Shown: piece after piece, positions 48,630 to 57,030 of the stretch
How the letters are laid out: every line of letters begins with the position of its first letter
Position numbering within the stretch: the first letter of the stretch is position 1
NCBI GenBank assembly: GCA_964575095.1
Contig: CAZNPA010000005.1
Span: 26,958 to 90,957 of the forward strand
DNA: 64,000 nucleotides
Direction: 5' to 3'
Source of the DNA: an uncultured Rickettsiales bacterium
GTDB taxonomy: Bacteria; Pseudomonadota; Alphaproteobacteria; Rickettsiales; SXRF01
Position numbers and translations under genes: made by a program
Notes under the pieces: generated by a model
What the model saw: the letters and a program-made list of their open reading frames with translations, nothing else
The model's database searches: none
What the model was told of the DNA's origin: nothing

Positions 48630-50162
48630 TTCTTGAAATGTTCCGGCGCCCAGGAACAGGTCGAATGGTTTTCTCAAAGAATATTCGAGCCTTGCGCCTT
48701 TCAGCCGCAGGTTCGAAAACACGAAATTGATGAGACGCCGTTTTCCGGCCGCGTTCGAACCTACGAACAAAAAGTGCGCTTTTCCGGCCAGTTCCAGCGT
48801 ATCGGCCACGGCGTCGCGGAAACTGTCGTCAGCGGCGGTCATGGCGTTCATCAGGCCGGAAAGCTCGATCTGGCGCTGCTTGAGTTTGTCGCGCTTGCTG
48901 TCATGCTCCTCGCGGCTGACGGCATTATCCAGCAGCAAGTCCATCAACCTGTCGAGTTTGCCCTGCAGGGCAACATATTCTTTGCCCAGTTCGTCCATCT
49001 GCCGTTTGTGGAATACCTTCTCGGTCTCGCAGGCATGGCGGGTATATTCGAGCACGTCCTCGAATAAATCGGCGTCGGGCGCCATGTTCTTGAACACCTG
49101 CTCGATCTCGGCCAGCACGTCGGCCTCCCGCACCCACATCTTTTTGGCCGAGTCTTCGGGGCGGCGGCAGATGAGGTAAGTAAATTCGCCGGTATTGCCG
49201 TTGCGGTATTGCTTGGTCTTGGTATCGGCGGTCACAGTTTTGCCGCTGACGGCGCAGGTAATGAGGCCGCGCAGGGCATATTCTTTTTCCGCATAGGCAA
49301 AGGGTTTCCTGTGCCAGCCCAGCCGCACGGCCTGGCATTTGTCGAACAGCTCTTTGGAGATGACCGGCGGATAGGCATGCGGGTAGCGCTTGCCCTTGAT
49401 TTCCATTTCGCCGTAGTAGAACGGGTTCTGCAGCAGCTTGTGCATCTGCGACAGCGCCAGCGGCTCTTTTTTGCGGCGGGCGTTGGTGAGGCCCCATTTA
49501 CGGCCTTTGGTCACCATCTCGCCCAGCGTGTGGCTGCCGGTGGCGTATTCCTCGAACAGGCGGCGCACCAGCGGCGCGCGGGATTCGTCCAGCAGCACCG
49601 TGCCGCGCCCGCGGCTGTCCCTGGCGTTCGTGTAGCCCACCGGCGCGGCGGCGATCCATTCGCCGGTGCGGATCTTCTGATCGATGCTGCGCTTGACGTT
49701 ATCACGCAGCGAATCGACGTAGCTTTGCGCCATGACGACGCCGATGCTCCACATCAGCCGTTCCTGCGATACCGATTCGCGGTGGATGATGTAATTCTCG
49801 GTGTTGAAATGCAGCTCCAGCTTGCCTTCCTGAATCAGCGCGTCGAGCAGCGGGTATTCCTTGAAGCTGCGCTGAACCCTGTCCACTTTATCCGCCACCA
49901 GCGCCACGCAATCGCGCTGTCTGCGGATGAAGTCGATCATCTGCATGAAATCCTTGCGGTCGCCCTGTGTGGAGGATTCGATCACCTCGAAGGTCTGCAC
50001 AACCTCCAGCCGCTTGCGCTCGCAATATTGCTGCAGCCGGTGCTTCTGCGCGGCGATGGAATAGCCTTCCTCCTGCTCTTTCGTAGAAACGCGCGCCAGA
50101 ATGATGGCCTTTTTCGGACCATTGGGCTTATGCTGTTCAAATGGAATGATTTTTCTGCTCAT
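48573..50162 (-). CDS. large serine recombinase (integrase)
   Basis: This 529-aa ORF has an N-terminal resolvase catalytic domain (AIILARVSTKEQEEGYSIAAQ), then a recombinase domain and a coiled-coil region. The last approximately 19 codons (..PIRESNPYCDLERVVS) are read antisense through tRNA-Glu. Confidence 0.88.
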   Translation of the reverse strand: MSRKIIPFEQHKPNGPKKAIILARVSTKEQEEGYSIAAQKHRLQQYCERKRLEVVQTFEVIESSTQGDRKDFMQMIDFIRRQRDCVALVADKVDRVQRSFKEYPLLDALIQEGKLELHFNTENYIIHRESVSQERLMWSIGVVMAQSYVDSLRDNVKRSIDQKIRTGEWIAAAPVGYTNARDSRGRGTVLLDESRAPLVRRLFEEYATGSHTLGEMVTKGRKWGLTNARRKKEPLALSQMHKLLQNPFYYGEMEIKGKRYPHAYPPVISKELFDKCQAVRLGWHRKPFAYAEKEYALRGLITCAVSGKTVTADTKTKQYRNGNTGEFTYLICRRPEDSAKKMWVREADVLAEIEQVFKNMAPDADLFEDVLEYTRHACETEKVFHKRQMDELGKEYVALQGKLDRLMDLLLDNAVSREEHDSKRDKLKQRQIELSGLMNAMTAADDSFRDAVADTLELAGKAHFLFVGSNAAGKRRLINFVFSNLRLKGARLEYSLRKPFDLFLGAGTFQEWRPIRESNPYCDLERVVS

Positions 50163-50362
50163 GGCTCGACATTACCGTCACGTCCGGAGAGTTCAACCAG
50201 TGTTTGCGTGAATCCGATGAGGTTGCGCGCCGCTTCCCGCGCCTCGGCATCGGTGATCTTAAAATCGTATTTCCGCTTGATTTTATAGACGATTCGCTCG
50301 AACAGCTGCGATTGCGTCAGCTCGCTGGCCTTACGTTCGAGAATGTCCTGATCTATCGGCAT
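50159..50362 (-). CDS. hypothetical small protein (67 aa)
   Basis: This ORF-track entry overlaps the recombinase start by 4 nt. Confidence 0.45.
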   Translation of the reverse strand: MPIDQDILERKASELTQSQLFERIVYKIKRKYDFKITDAEAREAARNLIGFTQTLVELSGRDGNVEP

Positions 50363-50387
50363 GGCAATCGCTTTGACGGGAGATTGG

Positions 50388-50783
50388 CTACTCGTCGCAA
50401 TCCCTGTCCCGGCCGGGGAACATCCCGTCGCAGACCAGGTAGCCGCCTTCCGGCTTCGGAAGATCGCAGCTTTCGACCAGCCGTTCCGCTTTCCCGATGA
50501 CGGCTTCCGCCCGCCTGCAATAATCTTCGTCTATGCGGGCAAGCAGTCCCTTACCGGCGAGGCGCTGCAAAGAGCACTGGTAATTGCGGACGAACAGCCG
50601 GAGCGTATGCACGATGCCGGCGAGCGTTTCCGCTTGTCCCTGGTATTGCGCCATGAGCATATGGATTATCTCCACGCCCTCGCAGGCGTCATGGTTGAAC
50701 AGGGAGAGCGCCGAGCGCTCGTCGTAGGGAAAATACATCCAGTCTTTCCTGGCTGATTCGGTAAGGGCTTTGCGGTGGGTCAT
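50388..50783 (-). CDS. hypothetical protein (131 aa)
   Basis: This is an ORF-track entry with no family I recognise. Confidence 0.45.
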   Translation of the reverse strand: MTHRKALTESARKDWMYFPYDERSALSLFNHDACEGVEIIHMLMAQYQGQAETLAGIVHTLRLFVRNYQCSLQRLAGKGLLARIDEDYCRRAEAVIGKAERLVESCDLPKPEGGYLVCDGMFPGRDRDCDE

Positions 50784-50886
50784 GGGGTAGTCTCCTGAAG
50801 TGATGGTGGGGGGATAATTGCTAATTCCGCTAAAGCCGCTAACCGGGGCGGATAAGCAAAATCAGCAGGATTAGCGGCGGCGGCGA

Positions 50887-53274
50887 TCATGGTTTCGCCT
50901 CCAGGGCGACGGGATTGACTTCGTATTGCCGGTTGCGACCGACTGTCTGCTCGCGCAGGTAGCTGTGTTCGCAGAGCGTCTTCAGCGCCGCATGGCGCGC
51001 CGCGCGCTGGCGCAGCGGGTTGGGGCCGTGCGTGGCAATCTCGCTGGCGGTGACGGCACGGTGGTTTTTCCGCCTCAGCCAGTCGAGCAGCAGGCGCGCG
51101 TGCGTCACTTCTTCCGGCGTGTCGATATGGTTGAACACGCGCAGCGTTTCGTGCAGGTGCCATTCCACGATGGCAATGGCGCGGCGCATGACGTCCGCTC
51201 CTATGTCGCCGTCAGCGCCATGCTGGAAGATATGGAAGTTGCAGGCGAGCCTGGCGGCGTTCTCCGCCGACTTGGCCGCGAAATCGCGGATGGAGTAGAA
51301 TTGCCCCTGCGCGGCGATGGCGGCTTCCGTCTCATTATAATACGCCACCCAGAGCTGGCGCGCTTCGGCGCTCAAGGAAAGAAGCGGCGGCGTCAGTTCG
51401 CCGGTTTCCTGATCCACCGGCAATGGCATTTCCAGCAGCGCATGGATGCGCGCATGGAACGCCTCCAGTACGCGGTCGAGCGATTGAGGCTCTTTGTAGA
51501 AGCGCGTGCCCATTGTGCTGTCCGGGCAGGCCAGCAATACGCGGGCAAGAAAGCCGGTATTGCGGCTCTGGCCGTCGGCCATATTGACCAGCGCCTTCAG
51601 CACTGAAAGCTGCATCATCAGCGAACAGGTCAGCCGCCTGCCGTAGAAGCTCGCGCCCTCGCTGGTAATGCGCTGGCGCTTGTAACCATTACCGTCCCAC
51701 AGCCGGTTGACCAGGCCGAAATAGCGCAGGCAACGTTCCGGGTGGAACCCATGTGAGCCAACGACGATGGCGGCTTCGTCACTATAGAGCGCCGACGATG
51801 GATGCCCCTTGGCCAGCTCATCGATCAATGCCTCCTGCGTCACGTCCTCGAACAGCAGCGTCGGGATGATGGGCAGGCGTGGCGCGTCTTTATCCAATCC
51901 CTGCAATGCTTCCTGCAGCGCGGCGAGTTGATCCGCCGTGCCGCCGTTCTTGCTGGCGCCGGTGATCTGCTGGATGATGCCCGCGCGAGTGGCCATATAG
52001 GCATCGACCAGGATTTTCGCCTGCTTCAACTCCGCCTGCATGGCGAGCCGCCGCGTCTTTTCCCATTCTCTTGACGCCTTGGAGAACACCTTATCGGCGG
52101 AGGTCTTGCGCTCGCCGCTGTCAGCGGTGACGATGAAATTGAGCGACGACGGGCCGGTCAGCGCCTCGTCGCGCGCCACGTCCGCCAGCGCCTGACTGGC
52201 CAGGCTGACATTCGCCAGCGCCGCGATGGCGACGATGGGAAGCGGCTGCTGGCCATACGCCTGGTAGCCGGCCACGGCCTCGCGGATAACGTCCGGCAGC
52301 GCCTCCACCGGGTACGGTTCCTGCGCGGCGATTGCCTGCGTCAGCGGCGTAGGCATCTGCCACTCGCTAATGCTGGCATTGCTAATTCTGCTAACCGTCC
52401 GGTCGCCATTAGCAGTATTAGCAGATTCAGCGTTAGCAGGAATGTCGCGCGGCTTCTGCTTTCCGGCGGTGATGCCGCTGTCGATAGTGGGTGTAATCTC
52501 CGAATCTTCCAGCCCGATGGCGCGCGCGGCGGCGTGCAGTTCGCGCCTTACCGTATCCTCGTCCAGACCCGCCGCGATCAACTGGCCGAGGCTGAATGAT
52601 GCACGGTTCAGCCGGTCATTGCGCTGTCCGTCGAGCGCCTGTGTCAGTATTGTCAGTTCGCTTTCCAACGCCTTGCCGAGATACGTTCCGGCGGGAACAT
52701 TGTCCGCCGCGCCGTTGAAATCCAGCTTCTGGCTATCTTCCGGCACGGCCACCAGCTCCAGCAGCCATAAAGGCGCTTCCGCCAGCGGCGCATCCCACGG
52801 GCTGACGATCCACTCATACACTGAACCATTCGGATGGATTGACGGCGGCGCGACGACATAGCCGCCGTTACCGCGATTGTCGATGCCGGGCAGCACTTCG
52901 CCATGCACGCTTCGGCCTGCCAGATTGCGCACATCATATCCGGCGGGGAATCGGAAATAATAATGCTGTCCCCTGCCGGTTCTGGCGGTAGGCGTATGCG
53001 GCAGATCGCCGTGTTCTGCAATCAGCTTCGCCAGCATCTCGCGCCCTTGCTCGCCGTCCACGTCCAGCACGAAGCAGCCCGACACGCTGCCGGTGGCGAT
53101 GCCGATATTGTAGGGGTTATAGCGGTAGGCCGTTTCCCAGGCGACGCATTGCGCCGTCGTCGCCAGGGCAGTCTGGTATTCCTTCCAGCTGCCGACAGGC
53201 TTTTTGCTGCGGGGCAGAAGCGGAAAGACGCTGAAATTCAGCTCCCGCAGGCCGGAGAATGGTGCGTTATTCAT
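50887..53274 (-). CDS. bifunctional primase-polymerase (PrimPol) N-terminal domain fused to a DUF3987-type helicase-like domain
   Basis: This 795-aa ORF has VFPLLPRSKKPVGSWKEYQ...GIATGSVSGCFVLDVD...GGYVVAPPSIHPNG (PrimPol). The C-terminal two-thirds resemble DUF3987/D5-like replicases of phage satellites and integrative elements. Confidence 0.8.
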   Translation of the reverse strand: MNNAPFSGLRELNFSVFPLLPRSKKPVGSWKEYQTALATTAQCVAWETAYRYNPYNIGIATGSVSGCFVLDVDGEQGREMLAKLIAEHGDLPHTPTARTGRGQHYYFRFPAGYDVRNLAGRSVHGEVLPGIDNRGNGGYVVAPPSIHPNGSVYEWIVSPWDAPLAEAPLWLLELVAVPEDSQKLDFNGAADNVPAGTYLGKALESELTILTQALDGQRNDRLNRASFSLGQLIAAGLDEDTVRRELHAAARAIGLEDSEITPTIDSGITAGKQKPRDIPANAESANTANGDRTVSRISNASISEWQMPTPLTQAIAAQEPYPVEALPDVIREAVAGYQAYGQQPLPIVAIAALANVSLASQALADVARDEALTGPSSLNFIVTADSGERKTSADKVFSKASREWEKTRRLAMQAELKQAKILVDAYMATRAGIIQQITGASKNGGTADQLAALQEALQGLDKDAPRLPIIPTLLFEDVTQEALIDELAKGHPSSALYSDEAAIVVGSHGFHPERCLRYFGLVNRLWDGNGYKRQRITSEGASFYGRRLTCSLMMQLSVLKALVNMADGQSRNTGFLARVLLACPDSTMGTRFYKEPQSLDRVLEAFHARIHALLEMPLPVDQETGELTPPLLSLSAEARQLWVAYYNETEAAIAAQGQFYSIRDFAAKSAENAARLACNFHIFQHGADGDIGADVMRRAIAIVEWHLHETLRVFNHIDTPEEVTHARLLLDWLRRKNHRAVTASEIATHGPNPLRQRAARHAALKTLCEHSYLREQTVGRNRQYEVNPVALEAKP

Positions 53275-53479
53275 GCGCGCCGCCCTGCGTATTGCGCGCG
53301 ATAAATTCCCGAAGATCGGACAGGCGGTATTTCACCAGTCGCCCGACCTTGATATAAGGGAGCCTGTAGCGTCCCTCGCTGGCCCATACCGATAGGGTAT
53401 TTTCCGCGACGCCGAGATAATCGGCCGCCTCCTTCCGCGTAAGCAGCCGCTCACCGTCTGGATGTTCTGAATGTGTCAT
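53267..53479 (-). CDS. AlpA/Xis-like helix-turn-helix DNA-binding protein
   Basis: This 70-aa ORF has LLTRKEAADYLGVAENTLSVWASEGRYRLPYIKVGRLVKYRLSDLREFI, the excisionase/MerR-type HTH. It overlaps the replicase start by 8 nt. Confidence 0.8.
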   Translation of the reverse strand: MTHSEHPDGERLLTRKEAADYLGVAENTLSVWASEGRYRLPYIKVGRLVKYRLSDLREFIARNTQGGAHE

Positions 53480-53651
53480 GCTGCACCTCCGTCATGCGTG
53501 ATAATAGGAGGTCAGCGTGGACGAAAAATAATCGAAAAAAAACGTCGGAACCGTCACGACGTCAAGGGTGGCACCCTGGGTGCTACCCAGAAAATATCAA
53601 GAGAATAGAATCAGTTCATGGGTGGCATGCTTTGCTTTTTTCAAGCCCTTT

Positions 53652-54416
53652 TCAGGCAAGGGTTTTATCCTTCTTCGGCACGGCTATCCGGTTGCCGCCC
53701 TTCCGCGATTCAGGAGTGCGGATAAATGTGGCCATGTCCTCCACATTGCTTTTGGAAAGTTTAAGCCCCTTCTTCTTTGCCTGCTCCGCCACCCATTCCC
53801 TGACGCTGTCTTTATAGGGCGGGTCGGACTCGTCGATGTCGAAATATTCCGCCGCTTCCAGCATCAAATGGATATACGGCGAAATATAATAATCATATGG
53901 CTTTACGGGCATCTGGCCGCCAGGCGGCGTAGCGATGGCTGTGCTGTTCTGGCGCTCTTTCACCAGCGCGACGGTTTCCGCCGGCACGTCTTCCCTGCGC
54001 TGGAAGAATACGCCGACGTAATGCAGGCCGTGCCCCGACGCTTCCGATTTTTCGGGGTCGAGATCGAGAGAAAGCCAGTAATGCGGCATGATGATCTCGA
54101 CGGCGCTCTGCGGCGTCACCGGCAGCGGCGTACCGAAGCCATACAGCGCCTCCTGCGACAGCAGATAGTGCGTAATGTGGCGGTAGGCAGTCTTATCGAT
54201 GCGGTCGAGATAATTATCAAGCGCTTTCATCTCATCGGCGAATACCTGCCGGTCGTGATCGTTCTTGCGGCACTGGATAAACATATCCTGCGCGAACTTC
54301 TTCTCGCGCAGGCATTCGTCCAGGCGATCCTTCAAATCCGGGCGCATGGCGATGGCGATATTGCGCAGCTGCACGAGGGTAAAGCGTTCGGCGTCGGGAT
54401 TGAACAGCATGGGCAT
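53652..54416 (-). CDS. hypothetical protein (254 aa)
   Basis: This is an ORF-track entry with no family I recognise. Confidence 0.5.
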   Translation of the reverse strand: MPMLFNPDAERFTLVQLRNIAIAMRPDLKDRLDECLREKKFAQDMFIQCRKNDHDRQVFADEMKALDNYLDRIDKTAYRHITHYLLSQEALYGFGTPLPVTPQSAVEIIMPHYWLSLDLDPEKSEASGHGLHYVGVFFQRREDVPAETVALVKERQNSTAIATPPGGQMPVKPYDYYISPYIHLMLEAAEYFDIDESDPPYKDSVREWVAEQAKKKGLKLSKSNVEDMATFIRTPESRKGGNRIAVPKKDKTLA

Positions 54417-54538
54417 GACATCGTAATTGAAACGCCGTCATCATACTGAGCATGATGAATTTATACCAGAAGTGATTTGGATGGATGAGGATACAAAAAG
54501 CCCCGTACCATTTTGAAACGGTACGGGGCGGGAAAAAT

Positions 54539-55027
54539 TCAGGCGATTTTATAGACGAGTTCGCCGCCGGCGTTCCGGGCGGCGCTGACGGAGAGCTTCA
54601 GCTTCCTCTGCAGGTTGGAGACGGCGCCGCGCACCGAGTGCTTCTGCCATCCGGTCGCGTTCTGCAGCTGGAGGACGCTCGCCCCTTCCTTGCGCGACAG
54701 CAGGTCGATGATTACCTGCTGCTTCGAGACGCCGCCGGATTTTTTGTCAGCTCTGGCTTTTTTTACGGGCGCCATCGCCGGCTTTGCCGCATTCTTTCCT
54801 TTCGGCCTGCTTTTGCCGATGGCGGCAAAGCCCTTGTCGGAGATGACGTAGGCAACGCCGTCGGCATCCGGGTCTTCGATAATCAGGCCATGTTTCAGCA
54901 TGGATTCGACCACCCGGTCGCGGATCGCCGGGTTTTTAATGTCGCGCATATGCTCGCGGATGTCGATTTTCGGCTGCCTGCTCGCCGCCAGTAGAATACG
55001 GCGCTGGGCGGGTGATAGCTTGTTCAT
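54539..55027 (-). CDS. DUF3489-family protein
   Basis: This 162-aa ORF has a C-terminal KQQVIIDLLSRKEGASVLQLQNATGWQKHSVRGAVSNLQRKLKLSV, the DUF3489 pattern as I recall it. Confidence 0.65.
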   Translation of the reverse strand: MNKLSPAQRRILLAASRQPKIDIREHMRDIKNPAIRDRVVESMLKHGLIIEDPDADGVAYVISDKGFAAIGKSRPKGKNAAKPAMAPVKKARADKKSGGVSKQQVIIDLLSRKEGASVLQLQNATGWQKHSVRGAVSNLQRKLKLSVSAARNAGGELVYKIA

Positions 55028-55191
55028 AAAAACTCCTCATGGTTGGTTACAAAAATGCCCTCGCGGGCATGGCCATGAATGAGTGGAAACCGGAAATCAT
55101 CAAGTGGATTAACTACATAATCACATTATTTATCAATATATTGCTTCGTAAATGCCGTTGACATCTGTAAAATTCGATGCATGGCGCTTAT

Positions 55192-55974
55192 CTATATTAT
55201 AGTTTCTCCCTTCACAACGCCTTGATGGAGGAAAACCCCGATCTGGAACCAGCGCGTCATATAGGCGGTTAATTTGTGTTCGAGCGACTGTTCTGAAACC
55301 AGCGCCAGCGCCTCGCTGAATGTGCTGCCTTCTCCGATGGCCGCAAGAAGCCTGTACTCTGCTGGTTCAAGCACGATTCGCTGCACTTCGTTTTCCGCAC
55401 GGATCACCAGCAGGTGTTCGATCTCTTTTTTTGGGGCGCAGACGCTGCCGTTGGCGCGGTATGCGGTAAGGTATTCATTTGCCGCGTAATCCAGTTTCAG
55501 CAGTTTTGCGGCGGTTCGCAGCCGGAATGTCCGGTTGCCGAATGCTTCTTCGGAAAGCCCTGCCAGCGCATCGGGCGCAAGCGGCTTGCTTTCGGGAAGC
55601 CAGAATACTTCCGTGATGGCGCTTTCAAGGTCGGCGAGCGCATGGGCGGCTTTATCGGGCGCACGGCCTTTGAGAAACGCTGCAAACGCCACGGGATAGC
55701 GGTTTAAGTCCCAATAGACTGATGGCATGACGCTGACGAATGCGGCAACGGCTTCGCGGCATTCTTCTTCCCCCATGTAATGCGCCAGCGCGGGATAGTC
55801 GGCGATAGTGGCATCCACCAGCCGTATGTCATAACCATCGGCATAGACCGCCAGCCGCGTTTGTGACGAGAAGCTATTGTGGCGGGCGGGCTTGATAAGC
55901 GGCAGCATGTTTTCCGGCTGCTTACGCACCATCGCCTCATGCATGGCTTGCAGCTGCGTGGCGTAGGCGCTCAT
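55192..55974 (-). CDS. DUF2063-family protein (HvfC/BufC-like putative RiPP-maturation partner)
   Basis: This 260-aa ORF has RLAVYADGYDIRLVDATIADYPALAHYMGEE...FVSVMPSVYWDLNRY, the DUF2063 N-terminal pattern. No DUF692/MNIO gene is adjacent. Confidence 0.65.
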   Translation of the reverse strand: MSAYATQLQAMHEAMVRKQPENMLPLIKPARHNSFSSQTRLAVYADGYDIRLVDATIADYPALAHYMGEEECREAVAAFVSVMPSVYWDLNRYPVAFAAFLKGRAPDKAAHALADLESAITEVFWLPESKPLAPDALAGLSEEAFGNRTFRLRTAAKLLKLDYAANEYLTAYRANGSVCAPKKEIEHLLVIRAENEVQRIVLEPAEYRLLAAIGEGSTFSEALALVSEQSLEHKLTAYMTRWFQIGVFLHQGVVKGETII

Positions 55975-55987
55975 GCGGCTTTTTCCT

Positions 55988-56446
55988 TTAACGAGTCGGC
56001 GACGGTTTTGGCTTTGCCGAGTTCGGCTTCCAGTACCTCACGCGGTTCAGGAATGGAATCAGCTCGGCGATAGCGAAGACGATCAGTAATATTCCCGCCG
56101 CCAGCTTGACCGGCGTGATCGTATGACCATCTCCATAGCGCAGGATCGGCTCCAGCACGGAGAGATAATCAAGCAGCAGCGCGCCGGGAACAGCGGCAAG
56201 CAGCGCCGGAATACCGAAGGCCAGCAGCACGCGGCGATCCACGTTGCGCCACAGCAGCCCCAGCTTGAACAGGCTGTTCAGCAGATGCACCACGGCGGTG
56301 ATTGCCACCGCCACCGGCACGGGGAAGAAGATCGCCGCCACCGGCATGAGGATGGTGCCCAACCCGAAGCCGGAAAACAGCGTCAGCCCGGCGGCGAAGA
56401 AGGCGGCGATGCAGATGAGGACAGATTCCATGCATTTGTCTAACAT
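55988..56446 (-). CDS. TSUP (TauE/SafE, DUF81) family membrane protein, half-length
   Basis: This 152-aa ORF with about 4 TM helices has FFAAGLTLFSGFGLGTILMPV...LLAFGIPALLAAVPGALLL. Typical family members are about 250 aa, so this is either a 4-TM form or a truncation. Confidence 0.5.
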   Translation of the reverse strand: MLDKCMESVLICIAAFFAAGLTLFSGFGLGTILMPVAAIFFPVPVAVAITAVVHLLNSLFKLGLLWRNVDRRVLLAFGIPALLAAVPGALLLDYLSVLEPILRYGDGHTITPVKLAAGILLIVFAIAELIPFLNRVRYWKPNSAKPKPSPTR

Positions 56447-56558
56447 GCGAATATGGCCATTAAAAGCATCGAACCCCGAATTAACCGGAAATCCATTGTT
56501 TTTACTGGGCTAGATCGGAGTAATTGATTTTTAATGAGTTTCTGGTAAACTGCTGGTT

Positions 56559-56933
56559 ATGCATCTGACGCGCATCATGCTTACATTGTTACTGTCGTTC
56601 AGCATCGCGCTGTCGGGATTTCCCGTGCAGGCGGAGCCGATGCCGGAATGCCCGATGGCTGCAAAAATGCAAATGCAGCAGATGGACATGGAGGACTGTG
56701 ACGGCTGTGATAAAATGACCAAGCAGGAACAGAAGAAATCCGGTTGCTGCGACGATGCCGCCTGTAACGCCAAATGTTCGGCCTTGAGCGGCGGCGTTAC
56801 GATGAATCTTCCCTCTTATAAAACCGATCTGCCCGCCGTTGGCGATAAGGACAATCGGTTTTATCCCGCCGATGCCGCGATTGCATCCGCGCATCGGGGC
56901 TCCCAAGAACGCCCTCCCAAGACCCTCTCGTAA
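56559..56933 (+). CDS. secreted Cys/Met-rich putative metal-binding protein
   Basis: This 124-aa ORF has a signal peptide ending VQA, then PECPMAAKMQMQQMDMEDCDGCDK...SGCCDDAACNAKC (7 Cys). It lies directly upstream of the efflux operon. Confidence 0.55.
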   Translation: MHLTRIMLTLLLSFSIALSGFPVQAEPMPECPMAAKMQMQQMDMEDCDGCDKMTKQEQKKSGCCDDAACNAKCSALSGGVTMNLPSYKTDLPAVGDKDNRFYPADAAIASAHRGSQERPPKTLS

Positions 56934-57030
56934 GGAGAAGTGTGTCCGCAATTTGGCGTAAAGCCTAGCGGATTGCTTCTCGCATGTGTTCTGCCGCGCG
57001 CGCGGCAGTCAGTTCACTACGAGAGGTTTT

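Larger units (their letters stand above)
48573..55191. mobile_element. integrative element at tRNA-Glu (recombinase, PrimPol/DUF3987 replicase, Xis, orphan genes); right boundary uncertain
   Basis: All genes lie on the minus strand. The recombinase abuts and overlaps the tRNA. An AT-rich gap at 55028-55191 is a plausible right edge. No second att copy was found in the window, so the element may extend into the metal-resistance block. Confidence 0.5.

Noticed and set aside
49209-50288. A 359-aa ORF on the plus strand.
   Set aside because: It is antisense to the serine recombinase gene, which has a clear catalytic domain. Its composition is typical of a shadow ORF.
55028-55191. A second att copy (tRNA-Glu 3' sequence) marking the right end of the integrative element.
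   Set aside because: Only a weak partial resemblance was found (aaattcgatgcatggcgc versus ggttcgattcccgtatgggtcgcc). No convincing repeat of the tRNA-Glu 3' end occurs anywhere downstream in the window, so the right boundary remains unassigned.
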